Assembly: GCA_963755915.1 (NCBI GenBank)
Contig: CAVWLP010000002.1
Span: 2,048,001 to 2,112,000, forward strand
From: an uncultured Phycisphaerales bacterium
GTDB taxonomy: Bacteria; Planctomycetota; Phycisphaerae; Tepidisphaerales; Tepidisphaeraceae
Reading direction: 5' to 3'
DNA length: 64,000 nt
In this document: one piece after another, positions 21,898-31,141 of the stretch
Numbering within the stretch: the first letter of the stretch is position 1
Layout: each line of letters begins with the position of its first letter
The notes under the pieces: generated by a model
Seen by the model: only the letters and a program-made list of their open reading frames with translations
Database searches by the model: none
What the model was told of the DNA's origin: nothing
Translations under genes and position numbers: made by a program

Positions 21898-22800
21898 ATG
21901 AAAGTGCTGATCGTTGCCAACAAGGAAAAGCCCGCCGTCGTCGCGGCCCTCGACCGCATCGCTGCCGCCATCGACAAGCGTGCCATGCTGCTCGGCATCA
22001 ACACCGAAACCGACACCGGGCCCATCGGTGAAGACGCCACCGCCGTCCTCGTCCTCGGCGGCGACGGCACCCTCCTCTGGGCCGCTCGACGTTTGCGCGG
22101 ACGCCAGATCCCCCTCCTCGGCGTCAACTACGGCCGACTCGGATTCCTCGCCAGCTTCACCCCCAAACAATTCGACGACCACTTCGACGATTTCCTCGCC
22201 GGACGTCTTCCCACCACCCATCGCCTCGTCCTGGAAACTTCCGTCGTTCCCCCGGGAGAAAAATCACCCGTGGCTCACTGGGCCGACGTCGTGAAAAATC
22301 GCCGGTTCGTCTCCACTGCCCTCAACGATGCCGTCATTACCGCCGGCCCCCCGTTTCACATGATCGAGCTCGAAATCGCTGCCGACGGCGCAACCTTCGG
22401 CGAAACCGGATCCGCCGGTGTCCGCTACTTCGGCGACGGCATTATCGTCGCCACCGCCAGCGGCAGCACCGCCTACAACGTCTCCGCCGGTGGTCCCATC
22501 ATCAGCCCAAACGTCGAAGCCATCTGCGTCACGCCCCTCTGCCCCCACAGCCTCAGCTTCCGCCCCGTCGTCATCTCTTCCAACTCCACCGTCCTCATCA
22601 CCACCATTCGCGTCAACGATGGAACCACCATCTTCTGCGACGGCCAGGAAAGCACCCAACTCGTCTCCGGCGAGCGAATCGTCATCCGCAAAAACCCCGA
22701 TCCCGTCCTCCTCGTCGAAAACCCCCAGAGCCAGGAATGGCACACCCTCGCCGCCAAGCTTAATTGGGCCGCCAGTCCGGGGTATAATCTCCACAAGTGA
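21898..22800 (+). CDS. nadK: NAD(+) kinase
   Basis: LGGDGT, GRLGFL, LNDAV, DGIIVATASGSTAYNVSAGGP. Confidence 0.95.
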   Translation: MKVLIVANKEKPAVVAALDRIAAAIDKRAMLLGINTETDTGPIGEDATAVLVLGGDGTLLWAARRLRGRQIPLLGVNYGRLGFLASFTPKQFDDHFDDFLAGRLPTTHRLVLETSVVPPGEKSPVAHWADVVKNRRFVSTALNDAVITAGPPFHMIELEIAADGATFGETGSAGVRYFGDGIIVATASGSTAYNVSAGGPIISPNVEAICVTPLCPHSLSFRPVVISSNSTVLITTIRVNDGTTIFCDGQESTQLVSGERIVIRKNPDPVLLVENPQSQEWHTLAAKLNWAASPGYNLHK

Positions 22801-22954
22801 CAATTTGATCGCCCCGAAAGAGATTTTCCGCCGATAACGTCCAATAAATGCGGATATTCCCCATCGGGCGCACTATATTTATCCTCTTCGGTTGGTGCCC
22901 CAGTTTCATTGCGCCGATAGTTGAGTCGGTAATGTGGATTTAGGAGACTTCGGG

Positions 22955-23884
22955 ATGCGTCTTCTTGCAATTGGGACGTTGATTTCGTTACTGCTCTGCG
23001 CCGCGGGCTACGGGCAAACCATGCCCTCATCCGCCGAGCAGATGCTCAACGAAATGCTGCGCCCCGGACCCACTGTCGCCCACCCCGCCACCCGTCCCGA
23101 CGATCTGTCCGTCGTTCAGCCCGATGGCTACAAGCCCCCGCCCCCTGCTCCTCAGCTCCTTCGCGAGGGTTCCTCTGTCATCTCCAGGGCCGGGCATCTC
23201 CAGAAAAACACCGACAGCCCATATCCCGTCTTCGTCTTCGATTCCAAGCCCGACGAAACCCGCATTGCCCCGATGTACGTGCTGCCCAATCTCCAGCGTA
23301 TGGAAATGGAAGACGCCGCTTCAGCAACCCAGGCCGATCTCCGCTTCACCGTCTCGGGAACCGTCACCGAATACAAAGGCAAAAATTACATCCTCCTCGA
23401 ACCCGGCCCCGACGAAGTCCGCGGCCAATCAACTTCGCCCAATTCCAAACTCGCCCGCGGGCCCATGCCTGCCGAGCAGATGCTCAACGACATGCTCAAC
23501 ATCGACGGCCCTCCCGATCTTTCCCCGCCCCCCAGCCCCAAATCCCAAAACGACATCACCTCCGGCGACGGCGCCGTCGCGCCCAAGGCGCCCGTTCTGA
23601 CCGTCTTGCCCGAAGCCTCGCAGATATTCGATCGCGTCTGCCGGCTCAACCCCAATTCCGACGGCGAAGCCGAGCAGTTAACCCTCGATTCCGACGGCGC
23701 CGCCCTTCAGGACCCGCCCATTCTCGCCCTTCCCAATCTCAAGCTCATGGATATGGAGCGCGCCGCCGGCGACCATCACGACACCCGCTTTCGCGTCACC
23801 GGCGTCATCACCGAATATCGCGGCCGAAACTACATCCTCCTTCAGAAAGTCGTAGTCATGGCCGACGCAGATCGCCAGTTTTAG
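22955..23884 (+). CDS. exported hypothetical protein with internal duplication
   Basis: Signal peptide; two copies of AEQMLNxML...LPNL..M.ME.A...RF.V.G..TEY.G.NYILL. Confidence 0.75.
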   Translation: MRLLAIGTLISLLLCAAGYGQTMPSSAEQMLNEMLRPGPTVAHPATRPDDLSVVQPDGYKPPPPAPQLLREGSSVISRAGHLQKNTDSPYPVFVFDSKPDETRIAPMYVLPNLQRMEMEDAASATQADLRFTVSGTVTEYKGKNYILLEPGPDEVRGQSTSPNSKLARGPMPAEQMLNDMLNIDGPPDLSPPPSPKSQNDITSGDGAVAPKAPVLTVLPEASQIFDRVCRLNPNSDGEAEQLTLDSDGAALQDPPILALPNLKLMDMERAAGDHHDTRFRVTGVITEYRGRNYILLQKVVVMADADRQF

Positions 23885-23936
23885 CCCGATATCCGCTCCG
23901 TCCCCGCACGCTGCGCCGCACCGGGACTCATTCTGA

Positions 23937-25100
23937 ATGTTCCTCGCTTCCCCCATCTGGCTCCTCCTTCTGATCCCCTGGGCAGCATTGCTTATCTGGC
24001 TCCTTCAAGGCCGGCTCCAGCATTACCGTGTCCCCTTTCTGCAACTGTGGCCGCGTAAAACCCCGCAAGCCCGCCCGCCTCAGCGCGCTCTCGACAAACC
24101 CCCCATTGCCCTTATCTCCCTCCTGCTGGCCCTGCTGATCGTCATCTTCGTTTCCGCCCAGCCGATGATTCACACCGGCCCGACGACATCCGCCCAAACT
24201 GCCGACGACGTAAAAATCCAGCGTCTGGCCGTCCGCGCCGGCCCAACCACGCAGGCGATGATCACTCTCACCAACCAAAGCGATCTTTCCCACGCCAAAA
24301 TCATGGCCACCGCCGACGGCAACCCTCTGCCTCCCGATGAAATCGCCCTCCCGCATCGAACCGAATCCCAGGATTATTTCCTCGACATCCCCACCCCCGC
24401 CGCCCAGATTCAGATCGCCGTCCAGAACGAAGACGGCAGCTCCATCGGCGATCCCGCCCGCGCCGCGCTCCGCGGCGCCTGGCCGATCCTCGAACCCGCC
24501 AGCCCACTCTCCCCCGCGCTACAGCGAATGATCCAGGTCTACACCCGCCGCCGTCCCCCCGGCGAAGGTTCGCGCCGTATCGAAATCATCGCCTCTTCCA
24601 TCCAGCCCCCGCCCGCCCAACCCTGCGCCCTGGTTCTAAACGGCCAGGACGCCGACGCCTCCCTTTCCGCCGCTCCCGTTTTCACCGTCTATCAAAGTCC
24701 TCTCACCCGCTCCGTCGATTGGCAAAGAGTCCTGGGTCGCGCGAAAATCTCCTCCCCTCCCCGTGGGGATTGGCAGCCCCTCGTCGTCGTCGGCAACGCC
24801 GCCATCCTCGCCCAATGCCAGCAGCCCGTCCGTCGCGTCTGGGTCGGTTTCGATTCCGATAACTTTCCACGCTACCCCGATTTCGTCGTCTTCTGGACGA
24901 GCGTCTTCGATTGGCTCGGCCAGGGCGGCCGCCTCTATGAATCCCAACTTCCCCCGGCCCCCGCGGTGCCGCAAGCTTCCTCAAACGCCTCCGCCTCACT
25001 CTCCGCACCCCTGCTTTTGGCGGCGCTTGGCCTCATTTGTTTCTCCGCAATGGCCTGGAAAGTGCCCCGGCCGACCGGCGCCAATTCCCCTCAATCTTGA
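23937..25100 (+). CDS. BatA-like N-terminal domain membrane protein
   Basis: MFLASPIWLLLLIPW...VPFLQLW double-TM start; PDFVVFW; C-terminal TM. Confidence 0.65.
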   Translation: MFLASPIWLLLLIPWAALLIWLLQGRLQHYRVPFLQLWPRKTPQARPPQRALDKPPIALISLLLALLIVIFVSAQPMIHTGPTTSAQTADDVKIQRLAVRAGPTTQAMITLTNQSDLSHAKIMATADGNPLPPDEIALPHRTESQDYFLDIPTPAAQIQIAVQNEDGSSIGDPARAALRGAWPILEPASPLSPALQRMIQVYTRRRPPGEGSRRIEIIASSIQPPPAQPCALVLNGQDADASLSAAPVFTVYQSPLTRSVDWQRVLGRAKISSPPRGDWQPLVVVGNAAILAQCQQPVRRVWVGFDSDNFPRYPDFVVFWTSVFDWLGQGGRLYESQLPPAPAVPQASSNASASLSAPLLLAALGLICFSAMAWKVPRPTGANSPQS

Positions 25101-25125
25101 CAGCATTTTCGCGGCGGCGTAATTT
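25097..25125 (+). promoter_or_regulatory. sigma-70-type promoter, probably leaderless transcript
   Basis: TTGACA-17 nt-TAATTT, ATG 6 nt after the -10 hexamer. Confidence 0.6.
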
Positions 25126-25131
25126 TTCCCC

Positions 25132-25494
25132 ATGGCCGAGTCTATTCCGCCGGTCTCTGTGACCTCCCAGAAAGATATTCGCGTCGTTGAATTCACGAAT
25201 AACAAGATTCTTGACGAAGGAAACATTACCAGTATCGGAGCTACCCTCGCCGCTCTGATCGATGAATCCGGTCAGCCCAAGCTCCTGCTTGATTTCGCCA
25301 ACGTCGATCACCTCTCCTCCGCGGCGCTGGGGATGCTGATTAACGTCAATAACAAGATCAAGCAAAAGAACGGTCAGTTGCGGCTGACTAATATCAAGCC
25401 GCAGATATTTGAGGTCTTTGTCATTACCAAGCTGAATAAGCTGTTCCGCATCCTGCCGACCCGATCCGATGCCTTAACCAGTTTCGCGCAGTAA
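25132..25494 (+). CDS. STAS domain anti-sigma factor antagonist
   Basis: LLLDFANVDHLSSAALGML, EVFVITKL. Confidence 0.92.
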   Translation: MAESIPPVSVTSQKDIRVVEFTNNKILDEGNITSIGATLAALIDESGQPKLLLDFANVDHLSSAALGMLINVNNKIKQKNGQLRLTNIKPQIFEVFVITKLNKLFRILPTRSDALTSFAQ

Positions 25495-25577
25495 AATGCC
25501 AGCTGCAAAATGTCTGTTGCAAAATGACTGCTTTAAAATGTTTCCTGGGTGATGGGTCCGGGCAGGAAAGATTTGAT

Positions 25578-26072
25578 ATGAACGAGGCGGGGTCGAAAGA
25601 TCGAGGCCGCGGCGGACGGTCGGGATCGACACGTCCGGACAGGAACGGCGATTCTTCGTTTCGTTTTACCATCGCCTCCCGCGACAGCGAGTCGCGCGAC
25701 GTCCAGAACAAAATCCTCAATGACGTCACCCGCCGAGGGTTCGAGAGCGACGCCTTCTTCGCCATCAAGCTCGCACTCGAAGAGGCGATGCGAAACGCCA
25801 TCAAGCACGGCAACCGTTTCGACCCCCATAAAAAAGTCCGCATCGAAGCCATCATCACCCCCAGGCAGGCCGAAATCGTCATCGAAGACGAAGGCCCCGG
25901 CTTCACCCGCTCCAAAGTCCCCGATCCCACCCTCCCCGAAAACCTCGAAAAATGCGGCGGCCGCGGCATCCATCTCATCGAAGCCTACATGAACAAAGTC
26001 GAATGGAGCCAGGATGGCCGCAGAATCCGCATGATCAAACGCAACGAGCCCGGCGTTTTTCCCCGCGGGTAG
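25578..26072 (+). CDS. RsbW-like anti-sigma factor / Ser kinase
   Basis: LALEEAMRNAIKHGN, IEDEGPGF, GGRGIHLI. Confidence 0.92.
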   Translation: MNEAGSKDRGRGGRSGSTRPDRNGDSSFRFTIASRDSESRDVQNKILNDVTRRGFESDAFFAIKLALEEAMRNAIKHGNRFDPHKKVRIEAIITPRQAEIVIEDEGPGFTRSKVPDPTLPENLEKCGGRGIHLIEAYMNKVEWSQDGRRIRMIKRNEPGVFPRG

Positions 26073-26096
26073 AACCGCTACAATTCCCCGCCGGAC

Positions 26097-27314
26097 ATGC
26101 TGATCCCTCTTCACACCGATTGCCCGCTCAAGCGAATCCCCTGGGTCAACTGGGCCCTGATCGCGATCAACATCGGCATCTACATTCTCACCAGCGTCTC
26201 CGCCGACGGTACCGCCCAGGGCCCATTTGCCGTCTATCACGGTCAGCCCGTCCGCGATTTCTTCGCCCTCAACCCTCAGAATCCCCAGCTCTACCAATAT
26301 TTCACCTATCAATTCCTCCATGAAAGCTGGCTCCACGTCCTGGGCAACATGCTCTTCCTCTACATCTTCGGCAACAACATCAACGACCGCCTCGGGCATC
26401 TCGGCTATCTCGCCTTCTATCTCGCCGGCGGTGTGGCGGCCGGCATCGGCTACGCCGCCCTCGATCCTGCTCCCGTCATCGGCGCCAGCGGCTGCGTCGC
26501 CGCCGTCACCGGCGCCTACCTCATCCTCCTCCCGCGTTCCAACATCACCCTCCTCTTCTTCTTCATCTATATCGGCCCCATCGAAATCTCCAGCCTCTGG
26601 TTCGTTCTCTTCACCTTCCTCCAGGACGTCCTCGGCGAAGTTCGCCCCGGCCTGCTCGGTGGCCCAGAATCCGAATCGGTCGCCCACATGGCCCACATCA
26701 CCGGCACAATATTTGGCGCAATCGTCTGCCTGATCCTTCTCGGCTTGCGCCTGGTCCCGCGCGATCAATTCGATCTGCTCTCACTCCTCGCCCGCTGGAA
26801 CCGCCGCCGCCAATATCGCAGCATGGTCAGCCAGGGGTACGACCCATTCGGCTACGTCCCGCCCCAGCCCGTCGACGTTCGCCCCCAGGAACTCGACCCC
26901 CGCACCCTCCGCATGCTCGAAATGCGCGCCGAGATCAGCGAAGCCATCGCCCACCACAATCTCCCCCACGCCGGCTATCTCTACATGGAATTGAAAAAAC
27001 TCGACCCCACGCAGGTCCTCTCCCGCCAGGCCCAGCTCGACATCGCCAACCAGCTCGCCAGCCAGCAATATTTCCAGGAAGCCGCCGACGCCTACGAGCA
27101 ATTTCTCACCCATTACCCCAACTTCGAGCAGATCGAGCAGGTGGAGCTGATGCTAGGCGTCATTTACGCCCGCTATCTCCAGCGCTACGAACGCGCCCGC
27201 CAGCTATTGCTAAGAGCCCTCGCCCGCCTACACACCGAGCGCGAAATCCAATGGGCGCGATCCGAGTTGACAAGAATCGAACCCCTCATCGCCCCCCAGC
27301 AAGGCCCGAAGTAA
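26097..27314 (+). CDS. rhomboid intramembrane serine protease with C-terminal TPR-like region
   Basis: FLH..WLHVLGNMLFL, IGASG, AHMAHITG; helical repeats in the C-terminus. Confidence 0.9.
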   Translation: MLIPLHTDCPLKRIPWVNWALIAINIGIYILTSVSADGTAQGPFAVYHGQPVRDFFALNPQNPQLYQYFTYQFLHESWLHVLGNMLFLYIFGNNINDRLGHLGYLAFYLAGGVAAGIGYAALDPAPVIGASGCVAAVTGAYLILLPRSNITLLFFFIYIGPIEISSLWFVLFTFLQDVLGEVRPGLLGGPESESVAHMAHITGTIFGAIVCLILLGLRLVPRDQFDLLSLLARWNRRRQYRSMVSQGYDPFGYVPPQPVDVRPQELDPRTLRMLEMRAEISEAIAHHNLPHAGYLYMELKKLDPTQVLSRQAQLDIANQLASQQYFQEAADAYEQFLTHYPNFEQIEQVELMLGVIYARYLQRYERARQLLLRALARLHTEREIQWARSELTRIEPLIAPQQGPK

Positions 27315-27406
27315 TACCGCCCTCCGGGCGGCCGGCATCCAGCCGATGCGGAGTACCGCTCCTCGCCTCCGGCTGCGGGTTGGCAATCGGCAATCGGCAA
27401 TATTAT

Positions 27407-29584
27407 TCAAGTCCCTGGCCGCGACGCCGCACTATGTTTCGCCTGCATCGCCTGCCGTCGATTCTGCAATTCATCCGCATAGTCCGCCGGCAGCGGTGGA
27501 TTCATCTTCTGCACCGCGTCCATCATCGCCATCGCATCCGAAAAAGCATTCGGGTCGGAAGATTCATCCAGCGTATTGGCCGTACTCATAAATTCCTCGG
27601 CCACCGTCTGCGTCGCCACGTTGTTGCCATATTGCTTGATGATCCCCGCCGCGAAATTCGCCGCCTCATCCCACTGCTTCGCCGCCAGCCGGCAATCGAC
27701 GATCTGACGGCACAGCAGCTTAATGACGTCCGGGCTTCCGTTGTTGGCCCTCCAGTAATCCAGCGCCGCCGTGTACTGATCCGCCGCGCCGGTTGGGTTG
27801 TCGATCGTCGGGCCCGACATCAAATCTCCCATGTCCTGCTGCTGTTCCGCCAGGTCTTTCGGCTTGTTGCCATCTTGTTTCAGCCTCACGCAAATCTGCC
27901 GGCGGATCGCAAGCTCCTTAGTCGGATCCCCGTTCAGTCCATTCGCCAGCGTAATCATTTCCGCCTCATCGGCATCCGGCATTTGCGCCCAGGCTTGCAG
28001 ATCCGCCCACGCCTCCCGCTTCACCTCATCGCTCGGGTCTTCGTTCATCAACCTCAGCAATGAGTCGATATTCGGCGGTGAATTCCGCAGCGCCCGCAGC
28101 GCCGCCAGCCGCATCTCCGGCTCAGGGTCCTGGAGATGTTCCGCGATCTCATGCGCAAACATCGTCGAGCCCGGCAGATTTCCCAGCCCCTCCAGCGCTT
28201 TGGCCCGAACCTTCACATCCTCGGTTGGCGTCAGCAATTTGTGGAACGTATCCGAAAGGGAGTCGTCTTTAATCACCGCCAGCGCTCCCACGATCGCCGC
28301 CCGCAGGTTTTGTTCTCCCGGCAATTCCGTTCCGTCAAGCGCCGCCTTCAGGGTTGTCGTCGCTTCTTTTTTCAACTGCGGGTCCTTGTTGATCACGTCC
28401 CCGCCCTGGCTAAGCCCCTGCGCAGCCGCGATCCGCACCGCGCTCGACGACTCGCTTCCCACCAGCTTCAGCATTTCCCTGATCGCGTCCGGATCGTCAA
28501 ACGGCCCCAATGTCGTGATCAATTGCACCCGCACTTCATCGTCCGTCTCACGCGCCAATTGCGCCACCAGTTGCGGCGTCGAGTCCGCGTCGCCGTCCAA
28601 TGCCCGGGCTGTCGCGGCGCGAACATCGGGCGAAGGATCCGAAATCAGCAGCCGAGCCTCCTCGATTGTGCCCGGGGGGGCGCCGATCGAAGTTCGGATC
28701 TCATACACCAGCTCCGCCCCCAACTCCCGGATTTCCGGCGCCGGCGATCGCAAATACGAAAGCAATATTCCCCCCCGTTTCTCCGCCGGCGCGTTCCAGA
28801 GGTCATTCCGCAAAAAATCGCTCGCCGCCCCCTGAAATGTTTTCTGGTCCGCCAACTGGCTCTCGAACGCTTCTCCCCGCTCGCGGATGATCTCCGCGGC
28901 AAACTGCGCGTCCGACAGATTCTGGTTCTGGAGCTTCGCATACCACTGCTTCCATTTGTCCGCGTTATGATCCAGGTCTGTCTGCCCGGTCATCTCGATC
29001 AGCGCATCGATCGCCGTGCTCCCGATCGGGTCCGGCTCATCCACCATTTCGATCAGCTTCTCCGCCGCATACGGCTTCGCGAACGCACCCAGCGCCGGAA
29101 TCACCACCGGACGAATGTCGCTGCGCTCGGTCCTCGCTTGGTTGGCCAGTTCCTGGAGCACCTGCGGATTGTCGTGATATTGACTCAGCGCCTGCGCCGC
29201 CGCACCCGCCGAGGCGACGTCGTGGCTGCTCAGCAGCGCCATCAGCGGATCGATGAAACTATCATCCGCCCACCGCACCTCCGATAAACCCCGTGCCATG
29301 CCAACCTTAGCGCTCGCCGAGCCGTTTCTTAAGATATTAATAACCGCTGCCTTGGTGGTATCGTCTCTCTGGCTCAGAAGCCGAATCGCAGCAGTCTCCG
29401 CCGCGGCTTGCGTCGTGCCGGGGTCCTCCAGAATCGTCTTGGGATCGTACCCACCCGCGTCCGGCGATGTTGTCGCGCTTGTCCCCGCTTCAGTGCCGGC
29501 CTCCTGTGCAATACCAGCGCAGGGCAAGAGCGCTGTGATTGCTGCCGACAGCCAAACCGCCCTTATCCATCGAGGATGTATCAC
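27407..29584 (-). CDS. exported HEAT-repeat protein
   Basis: Signal peptide; repeated DP..VR.AA..AL motifs. Confidence 0.85.
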   Translation of the reverse strand: MIHPRWIRAVWLSAAITALLPCAGIAQEAGTEAGTSATTSPDAGGYDPKTILEDPGTTQAAAETAAIRLLSQRDDTTKAAVINILRNGSASAKVGMARGLSEVRWADDSFIDPLMALLSSHDVASAGAAAQALSQYHDNPQVLQELANQARTERSDIRPVVIPALGAFAKPYAAEKLIEMVDEPDPIGSTAIDALIEMTGQTDLDHNADKWKQWYAKLQNQNLSDAQFAAEIIRERGEAFESQLADQKTFQGAASDFLRNDLWNAPAEKRGGILLSYLRSPAPEIRELGAELVYEIRTSIGAPPGTIEEARLLISDPSPDVRAATARALDGDADSTPQLVAQLARETDDEVRVQLITTLGPFDDPDAIREMLKLVGSESSSAVRIAAAQGLSQGGDVINKDPQLKKEATTTLKAALDGTELPGEQNLRAAIVGALAVIKDDSLSDTFHKLLTPTEDVKVRAKALEGLGNLPGSTMFAHEIAEHLQDPEPEMRLAALRALRNSPPNIDSLLRLMNEDPSDEVKREAWADLQAWAQMPDADEAEMITLANGLNGDPTKELAIRRQICVRLKQDGNKPKDLAEQQQDMGDLMSGPTIDNPTGAADQYTAALDYWRANNGSPDVIKLLCRQIVDCRLAAKQWDEAANFAAGIIKQYGNNVATQTVAEEFMSTANTLDESSDPNAFSDAMAMMDAVQKMNPPLPADYADELQNRRQAMQAKHSAASRPGT

Positions 29585-29792
29585 TCTCTAGCCCTTATCG
29601 TCGATCCTCGCGAACTTACCGTATTTACCGAACATCGAAAAGCGGCCTCCCTTGCCCGCTCGCCCAACTTCTTTCCTTTGAGGTGCCTCCCCTTAAATTT
29701 AGGCAAAAAATAGCGCCCGCACCTTGCCTTTAAAGCGATTCCCCTGCTAAATTAGCGCCCATAGTCTGGCTTAACAGCCTTACAGGCGGGTT

Positions 29793-31136
29793 ATGAACGA
29801 CTGGAGCGACGCCGAGCGACGGGTCGAAAAGGCCCAGCAGTTCTTCGAGCAGCGCAAATGGTCTGAAGCGCTGCGCGAAATTCGCCTTGCTACAAACATA
29901 AATCCCTACAACTCTTCCTGGTTCTTCAACATGGGCCTCATCCTCGATGAGATGGGCCGTTTCGAAGAAGCACTCGAAGCCTACCGCCAGGCCGACCAGA
30001 TCGACCCCGACGACGTTCAAACCCTCAACCACCTCGGCTTCGACCTCTTCCGCACCGGACGCCTCGACAAGGCCATCGAGACCTTCGACCGAATTCAGGA
30101 AATCGACGCCTCCTTTGAGCCCGCCTATTGCAACCGCATCATCGCTTACGCCCAGCGCGGAGACCACGACCTTGCCGAGGAAATGTTCTACACCGCCCGC
30201 CTTTACAAAGAGAACTGCCCCCATTGCTACTACTACATGGGTTGCAGCCTCGACCTCCGCGGGCTTTACGACAAGGCAATCTACTGCTGGATGCGCTCCC
30301 TCGACCTCCAGGGCGCCCACAGCGACGTCCACGTCCGCATCGGTCACGCCTACCGCAAAAAGGGCGACCTCGAACAAGCCCGCCTGCATCTCCTCGACGA
30401 TCTCCGCATGAACCCCGGCCGCACCCAGACCCTGCTCGATCTGGGCGACCTGCTGATCTCCATGGACCGGCTCAACGATGCCGATGCAAAATTCAAGGGC
30501 GCCATCGAACTCGCCCCCAGCGAGCCCGGTGGCTATTACCACCGCGGCCGGCTCCTCCTCCGCATGAACCGCGACGATGAAGCCGCCAAGGCCTTCTCCA
30601 TGGCCCTCCATCTCGATCCCACCTTCCCCGGCGCACACATGGGCCTCGGCCGCATCAGCTTCCGCCGTGGCGAGCTTGGCGCCGCCCGCAGCCGCTTCCG
30701 CGCCGAACTTCAGCTTCGACCCGACGATCCCCGCCTCCTCCTCGAACTGGCAAACTTACTCATGGACACCGGCGAAAGCCGCACCGCGCTCGCCTGCCTC
30801 AAATGGCTCGTCGCCATGAACCCCCGCGAAGTCAGCGGCTGGCTGAACCTCGCCGTCGCCCAGTTCTCCCGCGGCCACTACAGCGAAGGCATCACCAGTT
30901 GCATGACCGCACTCGCCAAAGAGCCCGGCAACGTCACCGCCATGTACAACCTCGGCCTCGCCCACGAACGCCTCGGCCAGCACGACGCCGCGATGCAATG
31001 GGTCCGCGAAGCCCGCGCCAAGGACTCCCGCGACATCGCCCTCCAACGCCTCGAATTCCGCCTCCGCGTCCTCAACCTCAAACGCCGCGTCGAGGTTTCC
31101 ATCCAGCAATACACCCGCTGGCTCCGCGTGTGGTGA
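29793..31136 (+). CDS. tetratricopeptide repeat protein
   Basis: Consecutive TPR units across 447 aa. Confidence 0.9.
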   Translation: MNDWSDAERRVEKAQQFFEQRKWSEALREIRLATNINPYNSSWFFNMGLILDEMGRFEEALEAYRQADQIDPDDVQTLNHLGFDLFRTGRLDKAIETFDRIQEIDASFEPAYCNRIIAYAQRGDHDLAEEMFYTARLYKENCPHCYYYMGCSLDLRGLYDKAIYCWMRSLDLQGAHSDVHVRIGHAYRKKGDLEQARLHLLDDLRMNPGRTQTLLDLGDLLISMDRLNDADAKFKGAIELAPSEPGGYYHRGRLLLRMNRDDEAAKAFSMALHLDPTFPGAHMGLGRISFRRGELGAARSRFRAELQLRPDDPRLLLELANLLMDTGESRTALACLKWLVAMNPREVSGWLNLAVAQFSRGHYSEGITSCMTALAKEPGNVTAMYNLGLAHERLGQHDAAMQWVREARAKDSRDIALQRLEFRLRVLNLKRRVEVSIQQYTRWLRVW

Positions 31137-31141
31137 AACCC

